Shown here: positions 1-15,400 of the stretch, one piece after another
Position numbering within the stretch: the stretch's first letter is position 1
Layout of the letters: each line of letters starts with the position of its first letter
DNA from: Antedon mediterranea
Taxonomy: Eukaryota > Animalia > Echinodermata
DNA length: 64,000 bases
Assembly (NCBI RefSeq): GCF_964355755.1
Contig: NC_092675.1
Coordinates: 22,974,912-23,038,911, forward strand
Direction: 5' to 3'
Program-made: the position numbers and the translations under genes
The notes under the pieces: model-generated
What the model was told of the DNA's origin: nothing
The model's database searches: none
Seen by the model: only the letters and a program-made list of their open reading frames with translations

Positions 1-3000
1 AGTTTTCTCTTCATCTTTTTGAAAATTCTTTCTCTTAGGTTTAGGCGATACATCTGATTTTGAAGCTTGTACAAATTTTGTTGAAACTGGTTCTCTGTTC
101 TTTATTCTGTCCTGTTCCATCTTCTTTTTTGGCGACAACTGGGGTGACTTTTTCTTAGTTTCCTGAAGTCTTGTGAAAGCTTGATTCTGGGATGATTGTT
201 TAGTAGAACCATTTCCATTTCCAAGAGGTTGGCGCTTACTTAAACTACTTTTCTCTTCTTTATTTGCAGATTCTGCTTTGGAATTCCAATTAAATTTTTT
301 CCCATACAACCTTGCCTTACTGTCTCTGGACGATGTTGATGTTGGTGTCTTTTTTGTGTCAGATAATCTTGAAGCCTTGGTGCTTTTCCCAAGATCAATT
401 ACTGTTGACATTTTCTTTGGTACTGCTAGTTTTGCTGGTGTTCCTTTAATTGCTTTTTCACTAGTGGCAGCAGGCTTTTGGAATTTTTCTTTCTTGCTTT
501 TAATATCTTGTTTATTTGACAGCTTTTGAGATATTTTAAGGTTATCATATGAATCAGCTTCCAATTGGTCTGTGTCTTCAGATTTTGAAAGAACTGGCGA
601 AGAAGATGCTGATGGGGAAGCTGGTAATGAAGAAGATGATGATATTGGAGATGATAGTGTTGATTCTGATATTGGAGGTGACGATACATTGGATGATGCT
701 TTTGATGTGGTTTCAGGGAATGGTGGAGAAGACGACAACGATGATGGTTTTGATGATGACAAAGAAAGAGATGATGGAGGTGATACTTTTGATGTTAATA
801 ATGAAATTGGTGAGGATGGTTGTGAAGCAGTTAATGCTGATGAAAGAGGTGAATTTGATCGTGAAGATGGAATTGATTCAGTACCACTTCTTTTTTCCTT
901 TTCAGTGTTATCCTCTACAGGTTCAGAAACTTCAGAAATTGGTAAAGAGTCCAGTTTGTTATTGTCAGATTGACATGGATCTTTAATAGAATGAAAGACA
1001 GGTTCCATTTTGACAGCAGACAAGACAGGTGTACATTCCTCTTTGGAAGATGTTTCCTCATCTGTCTTTTTAGTTTGTTCTCTTAAAATTGTCTTTGAAA
1101 ATGAAGATTTCTTTTTAACTACACTCCCAAAAAGAGCAGCGCGATCCTGAACACCACCTTTTCTTGCAGATTTTATCTCTTCAGCTGTGAGCCTCTTGTT
1201 AAATTTGTCATTGAAAGTTGGGGTTTTCTTTAAAAGCTTTTTATTCTGTTCAAAAATATGCTTAGACACAATATTATCTGCCGTTGTCTGTGATTGTGCT
1301 CTCCTCAAATGAACTGGCTTTACTGGTATTTCAGGCCTTGGTGATCCAGGAGAAATAGGTCTACCCTCATTAGCAAATTGATTTTGAAGATCTAATGGTA
1401 CTTCTTCTTTCACTTCTTTTAAGTTGGCTGTTTCAACAATTTCCTTTTCATATGTTCTTGTAGATAGTTTTGATCTGTTGGTGTTTTGATCATCAAAAGA
1501 TGCTGCTTTTAATTTAGATAAAAGTAACATTTTAGCATTATGATCAAGCTCAGTTTTTTTCTCTATTGTTGGGTGAATGTTGTATGCAAGAGTGAAATCT
1601 GGATTAACATCCAATTCACATTCCACAGATGACAAATGCGTTGCTTTAATAAGCTTTTCTTGTGCTGCAGAATCAATTTGAGAGCTGACAACTGCAGAAG
1701 ACTTGTTGGTTGGTGATATAGAATCTAAGCTCCTGTCAATTTTTTTATTGCGCGGAGATGGTCCAACAGAATCATCAGTTAATGATGAATTTTCTTCAAG
1801 TTCACCTGAAAACATTAATAATGAGTTGTCACTAAAACCAGTTGGTGGTCTAATATCGTCGGTAGATGATTTTTCAAAATTAGGATTATCTGAAGTCTCT
1901 GTAATCAAATCATCTCCAAAATCACTGCCATCCGATTGTAAATAATTGTTACTTCCTGTGGAATCATCTAAAACTGAAGCAAAAATGTCATCAACAACAC
2001 TTTGTAAGGCATCACTATCCTGATTACTTTGAACTTGATGGCTGGAATCAGTTTTAACGGTATGGTCATTAGAAAATGTTATTCCATTACATTTAATCTC
2101 AGCATAACCTGGTGATTCTTCCATTGTGTTGGCTAAACTGATGTCTGGACTGCTTTCAGATGACATAATGTCATCAATGTTAGTCACAGGAGGATCTGCA
2201 TCTCTAATATCGTTTAATGCAACATGAAGTCCATTACTTAATTCCTGTATCTTACAATTCATAAGATCATCAGATTCTGTAGGTGACAATATTTGGTCAT
2301 GGTGATTTAATTTAGCATACAAAGGTGAAGTCTCTAGCATAGATACTTCTTGTTGGCTTTCTGTATCAGAATTTTGAGCATCATCAATAGGCTCTGTCTC
2401 CAACATTAACATTTCACCAATATCTTCTTCATCATCTTCATCATCGTCAACTAGCAGATTATTATCAAAATCAGAATTAGGAGCATCTTCTTTTGTAATG
2501 TCTTTAGATTTCTGTTTGCCTTTCATACTGATCAAATCACGCAAACTTGATAATGCCTTTCCATGGTTTTCTATGGTTTTCCAGAATTTAAATTCAAAAC
2601 CATTACTGTTCTTGTTCTTCGTATTTAAGACATTTTCATTTTTAGTTGTTTCTATTTTGTTCCAGAAAGAAGATTCTTTAGTACTTCGGTTCTCGGAATC
2701 TTTATGTCCATTTGAAAGAACAATATTGAATTTTTCTGGCAAGACATTAAAAACTGAAACAATATCTGTATACGAAAGACCTTCTAAACTTTTTCCATTA
2801 ATCTCCAGAATCTTATCACCTTCTAACACCTGGTTTTCTAACTGTACATCATTGGCACGTGCTACTGGGCCTTCTTTGTGAACAACCCGCACAAACACTC
2901 CAGTAACATGTTCTGATGAGTTTGGCATACCCTGAATGTTAAGTCCCATGCCGAGACGTTCTCCATGATTTCGTTGAATTTCAACAACCTTTATTGATTC

Positions 3001-3468
3001 TTTATCATACTTGCGGAAAGATCCAAAGTTCTTTGTTTTGTTAGAAATTGCAAAATCTTCACTATTTTCTTCCGTCTTCATGGCTTCTTCATAAGCGTCT
3101 AGAACAGCTTCATATTGAGAGGTCAATCCCGGTTTACCATCAACTTTGTTCCCGTTATCTGCAACCTTTACCTGACTATTTGATGATGTCATTGCTATCT
3201 CCATTATCTCAGAATACAGAGGTTCAGCAGCTATAATTTGGGCCTTCTCTTCAATAACATCAAAACTTTGCATTTTCTGTAGATTTCTTGACTGTTTTTT
3301 CATTCGGTTTCTTGGCGAGCTTCCCAGAACAGCATCGTTGTCATCAATGATGGGTTGTTGAGAGCCGTGTGAAATGACTTCATGTGAAAAGCTTGATTTG
3401 ACATTAGATTGCATATGGCTGCGGGAGCACTCTTCAGCAGAAAAACGTTTAAATGGAATCAATTCGTC
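1..3468 (-). CDS. PDZD2: Giant internal exon of the PDZD2-like gene: one PDZ domain (~2997-2710) followed by a long S/P/T/K/E-rich disordered region
   Basis: Acceptor tcttttatag|gac at 3468. The frame reads [74 protein letters not shown] and is still open at position 1 (..[16 protein letters not shown]). It is absent from the ORF track, consistent with having no stop in the window. Confidence 0.9.
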
Positions 3469-6400
3469 CTATAAAAGATAAATACAAGTAATTAAAAAGA
3501 AGGCAGAAACGAAACAGAAATTTAATACTCTAAAACACCAACAGCAATATCTATAAAATACAAAACATATTGTAAAGAACATGCTATTAATATCCTTAAA
3601 TTATCAGAAACATTTGAAAACAAAACAGTTAATCATGAAAAAGATAAAATTGAAACATTGATTTGTGCTGTATGAAATCTAATGTACTCTATACTATAGC
3701 ATGCTTAAAAGATCTAATACTGAAAACATTCTTTTGCAAGGTTCAATAGAATTTTTTTGTAATGCTTTAGTTAGTAACATTACTTTATAAAAGCATTTAC
3801 ATTGAAGTTCAAAAATGTTTCAAGCAATGATAATTATATCGAGGAATATGAATATGTGCTAATACATCTCTCTGCCAATCAAATCAACTTGATCTATGTA
3901 CATAGAGGGAAATGGTAAACAGACCTCTACAATCATATTGAGTGTAAATACATCGGTAATTTTTAGGAAAATAGAATGTTTTAAGTGTTTATCTAAATCT
4001 AATAGTTCATGGTCGATTCTACACTGTAGGACTGAAAGACTAAAAAAGTCAACAATACCGTACCTAGCTATAATTTTGTAACTTTTTAGGGTTACTTGTA
4101 ATTTGTGTTTTTCATATTTGTATTTTGATGGAGTAATTTGTATTGTAATCCACCCTTTTCAGTTTTGCTGCTGGTGTGGAAGTTCTTTTTAAACCATTAG
4201 AAAAAGAAAAAAAAAGACTGAGCATGGCTCCTTTACTTTGTTAGGCAAAAAAGATGCTATTTTAAAAATATTCCATTTAACATAAATTGATATAAACTGA
4301 GATTAATTATATTACATTAGGATTGTAAAAGCCTTTTTATAGTATGAAGAGATCCAACTTTTAGTGACGACATTGCAGGGTAAGATATTTCTTCTTTCCT
4401 TATTGAAGCTATTCGAAGGGAATGATCAGGGATTGGTCTACCTGGCACAAAATCCATATTAATATAATTATTTAAACCATTTTAGTAGTGTACGCAGTAC
4501 AAAAAGAATGAAAGTTTGTTCTAAGACGCTGGATAGATAGAATAAGAGAGTGTCAAAATGGAGTGTGGGTAATTAGGACAACCAAGTTAATTTAATCAGC
4601 AGTAGAGATTCTACAATACTTTGAAATTTACTTCACCACTGCCATAAAAGCAACACAGTAGCACAACATTAAAATGAATAAAACAATGTGTCTAAGTGAT
4701 GATACTAAAACCTACCACAGATGACCATCGTACATGTTTACCAAGCTGCTTTGCATTATAACAAACAATAAAATGTTTACATTTAGCATTGCTGTGGTGA
4801 TTATAGGTACAGACAACTTTCCCAAAATAGGACACCATTTGGGCTGCCTCAAAATGGTCAGTGTGTGTTATACTGTAGTAGGAAATATTTTGTGACCTTT
4901 TGGACCATTTCCGTTTATGGCGTCCGACTGTGGGAGAGTTGACTGTAGTGCATAGAAATACTAATAATAATAATTGTTAAAGTTATCAGATCTTAAGGTT
5001 ATGTATAGGTATATTTAAATCAGTAGTGTATGTCTGAACATCAAGACTATAATATCCCAAAAAATGGTTTATATATTTAAAATGACATATTAAATACAGT
5101 ACATAAAGCTGGATGTTTTCCTTACATATTAATGATAGTGAAGTCCAATAGAGAACCATTAATACATTAACAAAATTTATTTATTCACAATACACTATTC
5201 CCATGCATAGGCCCAATCATTCCTATATTAGTTATCTATGTCTCTAAAATTTATCTTAAATCTCCATTTCTCAGCTTTAACCTCACACTTACCTTTGGTT
5301 TGATGACAGTTGGCAGTGTTTGATAACCATATGCTGACACAGGAGATAATGGCATGCCTGGAAATAAGCAACAAGGCAAATTTGTATTAAAATCAATAAT
5401 AAACAATAACGTTACATTGATCTAGATCACACAATTATACAACATATTAAAATAATGTAAACATACTACATTTCATTACCTACAGTAGTAAGGCCATATG
5501 TAAAAATGTTAATTTAACAGTCAGGATTCAAAAGTTATGGAAAGGGGGACTAGAAAATAGCAAACTTTTGTTTCGGCATGGCAGAAGGATGAGACGTTAA
5601 TTTAAAAGACTGTGATAATTATGAAATATAATAATACATGTATCACTCATCACAGCCTATTGAAATTACCGTCTCTTTCATGGCAAAACAAAGCTCGCTT
5701 ACAGTAAACCATTTGTTAAGTTCTTTGAACTCATTTGTTCCACATATCTCTCTTAAATACATGAGGTTTATTGTAATACAGTCAACTCTCTCAACACCGG
5801 ACTCTCTGAAAACCGGAAACTCTCCCAGACTTTTCATGAGGTTCAAAAGGTTCCAAATCCATTTTTAACATTAAATACACATTCTGAAACCAGACTTTCC
5901 GGAAAACAAAACATATTAAGCTAGCCCAAAGCTGTACAGTATTGGGAGAGTTGACTGTATAATTATTTTATTAATAATGTGTGGAAATCAATAAAAACAA
6001 ACTACCTGTCAGGCTATCTACATTTGCTGCTTGCTTCAATCGTGATGATGGGGAGTTAACAACTTGAGGGACAGAATTCCTTGCTGGTAGAGCAGGAGGA
6101 ATGTTCTTTGATCCCTTCATAGGTACAGCATACAACGGATGGCTAGTAAGCTGTGCTGGTGATGTCACTGTCACTGCCTTTTCCATTTCATTCGATGAAT
6201 CCTGTGATGATAATGTAAAGTTGATTGCATGATTACAATAATGAATAGCTTTAAATTTGAATTTATCCTATTTATTTTATTTATTTCATACTCATCCAAC
6301 AGCGAGCACAAACTTGCCAATTACAGGATGAGATAAACTATTCTATAGTTTATTATGCTTATAAACTAAGTCTCATTTGAGGCTTAGGGAGTGGAGTTGA

Positions 6401-9400
6401 AAGAGTCGTGAGTAACAGCCCTGGCACTAGGTCAGGATTGAGCCATGGAGGAAATATTCCTCCATGATTGAACCATGGATCTTGGGATTGGAAGGCAAGC
6501 ATGTTAACCACCAAGCTACAGCTCCACTACTACTATACTATATTTTCATACTAAAGTCAGCACTAAATGCACTGCTAGACCCAGTACATTCGAGAATCTA
6601 AAACATTTACATGGGTTGGTATTTTTCAGTGTAACTACACGCAACACGCGTTATTCCCAGGTTAATGAATCTGGTGTGAAAGGGAAATTTATCCGGACGC
6701 GACACAGGTTTGTTCTAAGCTCGGCAGTGTAAAATGGGTAATAGATCAACATGCTCATTTACAACCTGCCTTAACATAGATTTTTTTATTTTGAGCCTTG
6801 AAATTTTTTTTAAAGAACTACGCAGTTAAACCAATTTGCATTGACTGTCAGGACTTTTATCATGCATCCTCTCACATTTACCTATAAACTAGGTGATTTG
6901 GGGAATGAAGAAGGGTTAGGGTTGGCTTTGAAAAGAGCAAGATAATAATAATAGCATGGGATGATACATGAAATATTTATAATATAAAAATATTTACTTG
7001 AATACTTAGTTTAAAGATTGTTATGGAATATCTAGGGGCCTTTTTCGGGAAGCTTATTCAATCAGGAAGCTTATAATTAAAAAGTGCCTTGACTTGTGAT
7101 AACAAATATGAGATTTAAATTATGATTTAAAAGATTTGGTACACAAATTTGAAAACTATACGACTAGCCTATTAGATGCACAATGGCACAAATTTAAATA
7201 AATTTTACTAATAAAACACTATACAAAACTATTAATATAAACAATAAAGAATGCACACATATTGAATAAGAGGCTTTATGTTGACCTGGAACTGAAAGAA
7301 ACTCCACTATAAATAGCAACTAATTTAATAAAACCAACTGTATGCGAAAGAAACTGGTGTGCAAGTGCTTATGCTGACTTGCAACTAAAAGTAAATGGTT
7401 ACTGTATATGCTATTTGCGAACAGGATGGCAGCATTCATGAACATGAGTTTATCTGTATCTGTATAATTGAAATTGTATAAATATTTTAATTTGAATTGC
7501 AGCCGGAATTTCAGTTTTCTCAAAGTTTCTTTCAGTTCCATGAGCTCAGCGACTTACATGCAAGAATACAAGTAACATCTAAACATGCTAAACAGTATGA
7601 CACTAGAACATAAGAAAATTACTAATAACAAAAGAAATAATAATATAGCTCTCTCTCTCTCTCTATTTTGAATCATATTTATATACAATTTTGAACAATA
7701 TTAAATTTGACATTTGAATATTGATATTATAATACACAAACCGAAACTTACACTAGATCCATCACTGCTGCGGTCAGTGTCCTGCTAACCATAAAAATAC
7801 AATGTATGTATTGATTTAATATAATACAGAAAGTCTCTATGTGGAGTTACCATACTTTGCTTCTATGTCAGGGTGTACCATGGTGTAGTACCATGATGTG
7901 GTTTTGTATAGGTTTCAGTACAGCAAATTTACTACCCTGTGTGTCTGATTATCAATTACATTATTATGGGATAGATAGATTTATTTCAATATCAAAAAAT
8001 AGTTTAGTCTATATAAATCAACTTAATTTGATTTAAAGGGTAAATGCATTTTCGTAAATTATTGGGAGATTGAAAAAAAAAAAATTTACTTCAGAGAGAT
8101 GAATTCAGAGATAACACGCCTACGCGGATTGCTGGATCTACTGCACGATGTTAATTAACATACATGTTTTTTTTTTTACTTCTATTTGAAGACAATCAAG
8201 TATCAATTAAGAGATAATTTCTGTCATCCTGGGTGGAGTCACTATGTTTAAAGTTTAAGGCTTTTCTGGTTAAAAGTTAAATGAACTAATGTGAGACTTT
8301 GTTGAAGTAGACCACAGATTAAAGAAAAGCCAATAAAGAGAAAAGGGGATTTCACCACCAATCCTTGTTACAGTCTTACAGTAGTTATGTATGCTTATAT
8401 CAGATGGGGTGCTGTGCTCTGTAAAGCCTGGTTTCCATAAAATCGCTACACCGTTTCCATTGAAATCGCTACACGCGCAAATGTCGCCGACGCGCATCGG
8501 GGAGGTCTCCCCGATTTATCGCAGACAAATCGGCAAAGTTCAACCATGTTCAACTTTGCCGATTTTGTCGGCGATGAGTCGTATACGCGTATACCAAAAA
8601 ATATTTAGCGCTCGCGTACTAGATCCCCGATAAATTCTAGCGTTTCCATAGAATCGCTACGCTCTGTCGGCGACAGCAGTCGTCGACATGGTGTAGCGAT
8701 TTTATGGAAACCAGGCTTAAAGTAAAATATAAGGCTTTGTGTAAGGTGTTAACACCATACAAGCCCAAACTTTAGCTATCAAATACTTCTACAAGATAAT
8801 GGAAAAGAAAGTCGATAATTGGCTTTGAGTAAAAGCTATTGAATAAATCTGATTTTTTAAAGTTGAAAGTTTTGAAGAGGAAATGGTTTTCACAAGGTAA
8901 ACGATGATTATAAGTTTAAAGGAAATTCAAATCTTGATAAAGAAGAAACTGAATCTGATCCAAGTACACAGATACATTTACATGTAATTTTGATCCATTT
9001 AGAATTAAGAGCTTACAGCTTAAACTAACTAAAGTTTATCTATAAAAATGATTTTTTTCAATTCTCATGAATACTGCATGATTACGTAAATTTGAAAGAT
9101 ATAGTCCTATATTAGCTTTTCTTTTTAATAATTAAAATAATGTTCTGATATGCTCATCTTTGATTAACTAAATCAATATGATGAAATCACCTTTGAAAGT
9201 TCAATAGAGATTACTTTGCTATACAAAATGGCTACACATAATGATCTCAGCAGAGTTATAATAACTATGAAAGTAGATTAGTTTTTATATTTGATTTACT
9301 TTTAAACATCAAGATCAACATTCATATAGTTAGATTATCAAATATTTAATGTATGCAAGTTCACTATAAATTGAATATGCATGAACTGCGTAATTAAATA

Positions 9401-12400
9401 TGCATCATGTTGATATGAATACCAAATGTATGTGAACAAGCATGATTTGAATATTCTTTTCTTTCATTTAGTAAATACTTACTATTGGGTTAGGATATCG
9501 AGCAATTTCCAAGACAACTTCACCCTGCTCCAAGGCACCAAGTATTCCCTGAGCCTCTTGCAGGCCAACATTTAGCAGACTTTGTCCATTAATGCTCAAC
9601 ATTTCATCACCAAACCTAACATAAATACACAGGCGATAGAATGGTATCATTAACGGCATAAAAATTATGTTAAAAGACATATATGAAACACATAAAGTAA
9701 TAAATAAATATGTATAGTAACTGGATGGTATGGTTAAGGAAAGGTTATCATAATTTAGAGAACACACACAAAGTAGCTCCATCATAGAACCCAGACATTA
9801 AGGACCACACAGCTCCTGTCATGAAAAGTGCTTTCTTTGTGGCTGTAAGTCATGGTTGACTGTCTGTTCAAGCAACATCGTGTTAACCTGTTGTATAGAG
9901 CTTTGGTCTTACAGGAAAGGCAATCAATCAGTGAAGATAATAATTACAAAATGACTAACCAAAGTTTATCTTCAATTTTTGCTTGGGATGTTGGATCAAG
10001 GTATTGTACATAGATTCGACGTTGGTCTGAGCCTGGAAGTTGAAGGCAAACAACACCAATTCCAAGACTGTTACCAGCTACAGATGAATAAAAACAAATT
10101 AGAATGTCATACATTTTAAATAAATGTGCTTATTTTTAGGATATCTTAATTATTAGCAACAACACACTGCAATTCAAAGTCTTTATCACTCCAAACCTCT
10201 GCCCTCCGAGAACTAAAACAAATGATACTGTAGAAGATTTTACCTTGTGTGAGCTGGTTACACCAAGTGAATTGATTATAGAATAAACTTACATTTTTCT
10301 AGGACAATACGATGGGTAACCTTTGCTTCTTTTGGAGTCCTAGAAGGTGAACTGTTAGGTGTTTGACAAGGTGAATCACTTGGCGTTGTACTGGGTGTGT
10401 CATCTGGTGATGCCCAAGTGTCAGGAACCTTTTCTGGTGTAATGCTATCCTCTATGTCATTGCTAACTCTATATTCTAAGCCAACCTCTTGCTTTCCTTC
10501 TTTACTAGACCAAACAATATCTTTCATTTTCCTGAAAAGCAAACAGGATTGTGGCATTTTTCAATTTTGATGGCAGCGTTGTTTATATGCAGGGTTCACA
10601 CCAACGACCGCATGATGCGGGAAAATTATTATATATACTAGGGGTTTACAACAGGTGGTGTGATAGTACATTTCATATGACCCGCGAAGAACTGAAAGAA
10701 ACAAAAGTAATTGTTGGAAAATGTCCTCATAGAATTGCAAGGCTTTGTCCCATTGTCTACATGTGACGTTTATGCTCTATATCTAGCCTAAAAAATTATT
10801 TGTAAATTACACTTTACAGTACAATCTAGCCCGTTGAAAACCCCTTTTCATATATACTTTTGTAGAATCATTTCTCTTATTTGTTTCATTTACATAGTGG
10901 GTTCCACAAGCAGAAGGTGTCATAATTCATTTTCATATCCAATCCAACAGCAGTTCTAATATACTTTAAAGAAACGATAAAAAGTCAAACCTACAAAATG
11001 CAAGATGACTAAAGAGTAAGCAAGAGGTCGTAGGTTTAAACAATTCAAGGTATACATGAAATGATTTTACACAACAAAGCCATCACAAAGAAATCTTCAT
11101 TTTTACTTTGTTATAGTACTAGAACTAAATATCAGTATAATAAACATACATCACTATCACTTTCATTACATATGCCATATAAACTGGCAGTGTGTTGGCA
11201 CCAATTCAATATGCATTATTAAATTATACTTGAAATTCACCAAGAAACACAGGACTGCTACTGTACATTACTTTTCGTACTTTTAGCCTAAATCTTGAAT
11301 AAAATTATCATATTTTTTTATGTAGGCCTATATGATATTCCAATTTTAAAACTATAGTAATATTCATGGTAATGTATTGTCATCATAATTTAATAAAACT
11401 GTCAAATTATTTTGACACTTGCAGTCCTTCCTTGCCCCTATCTATTTACATTCTTCTTCTTATACCTGTTTCACACCTTGCATAAATTGTTGAACTTTTA
11501 AAAAAAGATTATGCATTCTTGATCCTTGAAAAATGTTGATAGAAAGCATTGTCATTGTTTAGTTAGGGGCGCTAATAATAAATGTTATGTACTGCAATTG
11601 GTCAGTTTAATAGTGCAAATACACATGGTAACAAAAACTGGTTTGCTTTTCCCCAGAGATTTTATAAGGGTTATCCGTGTGAAAACTTTGTAAACCTGGT
11701 TGAAACTTTATTACAATTTGTTACTTTTTCCAGTGTGAAAGGGTATTAGAAGACATTTACATCTAATCTTACTGAAGTTTTACTTCCTGACATATCAACT
11801 ACTGTTAGTGTTACTTATTATGTAGATAAGAAATTACAAAGGCCAGCCATATAGTCTTAATTTATTTCAACAGACAGGCTTGAAATTCCCTTCTCCAACA
11901 AAATCATCTATACCCTTCTTGTAAAAAGGCCCACTTTTTCTTTTCCTGAAACTTAAACTCTATAGCCACAGACATCTTATTAATTAGGCAAGAAATTATA
12001 AAGGCCAGCTAGTAGTCTTAATTTAAACTAGTAGCATTTGAGTCACACACAATTTGTAGATAACTGACTCAGAAATATAAATGCGTCCTGTCGTTAACCT
12101 TGCGTCTTTTATCGCAAGCATTTGTGACAACATAGGTGATGCGATAACCATGTGACAAGAACAAAACTTCATTGGAATATTATTAGAATCAACTTAGTAA
12201 TTTTCTTAATTTGTAACAACAACAAAAAACCATTTTTAATATAATAAAAAATGGTAAATTTGGTATTTCTTCTAGAGAAAACATTAATTGGGTTTATAAT
12301 GTGTATTTATTCTTGTGTGCCAACTTTAATGCTGTGATAACATAATATAAACTTACTAATAATGATTCATTACTAAATTAAAAAATAAGGAATTTTGTAA

Positions 12401-15400
12401 TAATCAACATTTATAATGACATTTCTACTGTACAAAGATCATTGTAAAGAAACTACAAAGTATGTATGACTACTGTGTATGTACAGATGTGTATTAAAGG
12501 TCATTTCAAATCATTGAGAGGGCAGTTTGAAAATATTTGTGATCATAAACCTGTGCATTATAATGCAGTATGCTTTCATAAAATTCTAGCGATGCTATAA
12601 TTGATTTAAAAACATATTTATTTCATTCCTATAAGTAATAATGCTGGTTTTGTATATTGATAAATAAATTAACATTCTTAGTGTACCAGTCACAGAGCAG
12701 CACAACCATTTCGAAACACTTCTAAGAACACTGTGTTCAATTAGTCTTTCCAGACAATGGCTAATAATATTGATTAAGTTTAATAAATGCCTGATGAACT
12801 TCCAAACCAGATGAGGATATACTGAGTACTTTGAAATAGCTTACAACAATCAAACCATGGAGCTATTTATAGCTCCATGATCAAACTAATAGTTACTCTC
12901 TTTAGTTGCATTTATTTGCATTTATTGTTATGGTATGGTATATTTAAAAAAAAAACAAAAAAACATACAGTATTAAATAAAAAAGGTGGTAATTTTTATT
13001 AATTTAGATAACTAGATGGCACACTCGCTTCGCTCGCGTACCATCTAGGTCGTGCCCACAGATGGTTCTCGAATACACAGTATTTTCCAGCGAGAAAAAA
13101 ATGGAGATTTCAAATGTACGTACTGCAGGACTATGATACATTGTCGTTTACAGAAACGAATAAATATACACGATGATTTATGTAGTCAGCTAAAATTAGC
13201 ACCCTGGGAATTACTTCCGAGAGAGAAACAAAATGAGTCAAATTTTTTTATTTGGACTCATTTACAAACCCAATTTGTGTTTTGTATGTAACATTAAGGG
13301 TTGAGGGATGGGGGAAGAAGATAGGTACAAAAAGGAAACATTTTAGAATATATTCTTATCCACTCAGTAACGAAATATTGTTTTTAATGTTTTATAGGCC
13401 TATAAATAATATACCACTAAATACAGTAAAACATTTACGATTTAATACTTTGTTAAAACTCTCACTGTCATAGTCTATTGAAATAGTAAAGTACATGTAA
13501 CGATACACGTACCACTACGTACGTTTATATATTTTTAAATTATTAATTAATACAAACGTTGAGAAGCAACTGTCAGTAATAACGTTTATTTATTTGTATA
13601 TTATATGTTTATAATCTAACAATACCTTAACAGTATTGTACAGCATTGCAATACTATTTATGTTTATTCTCCAAGGGGGCCCATAAATTTAAATCTATAC
13701 CTCTATGGTTAAACCAAATAATTTGGAATGTTCCATTCATCACAAATCAATACATTTGTAAAAACGTATATTACATGTATCAAAATAGCATTTTTTAAAG
13801 AAAATCGGCCTGTCTTCAACATCATGATGCTGTACTCGAACTGTTCAACCGGTTTTCAGCTATTAAAAACAATTATCGTAGGAGGAGATAGGAAAATGCG
13901 AAGCGTCCTCGTATTATTGTGTGCGGGTATTTTTCAAATTGACATCCATTAGACAGTGTATACCACGATCGGAAAACACCCCTATTTGGGGCAAATCTTT
14001 GAACCTAAATTCGTTTTAATCGTCAATAACTAATTATCGAACTCAATTTAATTAGTAAACAGGGTTACATCAGGTGGTTAAAATTAGTACCGAAAGTACG
14101 AACCAACTTTATATACCATCGCGTAAACATTCTAGAAATAACGCACGATTTACCGATTTTTGCCCTTACGTAAATTTATATATAGATTCAATATTGTAAT
14201 TGTAACAATAACATATATTATTAACAGGTTACGGAGGTTACAGTTAACTTTCCCAATACAGGACTTTAACACAATGTACTATTAGGTAAAACCTATAGTT
14301 TCAGACAAACAGAAAAACTAGATGAAATGTTATTATAGCATTTTTTTATATAATGAAACTAAAAATGAAACAAACAAAAATAAACTTTTACTTTGGACAA
14401 TTCTTGTCACTTGTATTTGTTTGTAATGTAACTTTATTTAGATACAGTACATTAATCCCAGTGTACATGACTTTTTTGAGAGTTAATAATATTGAGCACC
14501 CTATTTTTAATTACCTTTCATGGTTAAATAAAAAGTTATAACATTTGTATAAATACAATTATAATCCAACAGATGTCCGCAGTTGCAATTAATGTGTCTT
14601 AGGTAATACACAAAGTATTATGTATAGAAAGTTAAATTTATATATAAAGTTTAAATTCAACATAAAAAATCCATTTAAATATTATACACTCTTAATTATC
14701 TTGTCTGCATTTTTTCAATTCAATTCAATTAAACTTTTATTTCAGACAATTGTTAATAACTAGATGGTACGCTCGCTTCGCTCGCGTACCATCTAGTTCG
14801 TGCCCACAGATGGTTCTCGAATACACAGTAATTTCAGCGTAACAAAACTGGCGATTTCAAATGTACGTACCGCAGGACTATAATACATTGTCGTTTACAG
14901 AAACGAATAAATAGACACGATGATTTATGTAGTCAACTAAAATTAGCACCCTGAGAATTACTTCCGAAGGAGAAACTTATCACAAAATGAGTCCAAATTT
15001 TTGATTTGGACTCATTTAAAGAAACCCAATTTGTGTTTTGTATGTAACCGTAGGGTTGAGGGATGGGAAAGCGGATAGGTATAAAGAGGAACAATTTTTA
15101 AATATATTCTTTATCCACTCAGTAACGAAATATTTTTTTCATGTTTTATAGGCCTATAAATAATATACCTCTAAATACAGTAAAACATTTGCGATTTAAT
15201 ACTTTGTTTATTTTATTTATTTATTTATTATTATTTTTTTTTTAATATTCATTGTACACTAATTTTCCCCGTATATGGCAAGAGATTCCTAATTATATTA
15301 GAGAACATTCTTTATTTAGTTTAGTTAAAACTGTCACTGTCATAATCGATTTTGTCAAAGTATTGCAAGTTTATTCTCAAAGGGCCCATATATTTACCTA

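Noticed and set aside
549-986. Acidic and Met-rich plus-strand ORFs (572-973, 549-986)
   Set aside because: Antisense shadows of the Ser/Pro-rich stretch in the minus-strand giant exon.
7558-7578. Possible 21-nt microexon (MLLVFLH) before a GTAAG donor on the minus strand
   Set aside because: Weak acceptor and intron-like composition; insufficient support.
8090-8140. Possible 51-nt minus-strand exon ([16 protein letters not shown])
   Set aside because: It would be phase 2-2 while the neighbouring junctions are phase 0; it cannot be fitted without further unseen exons.
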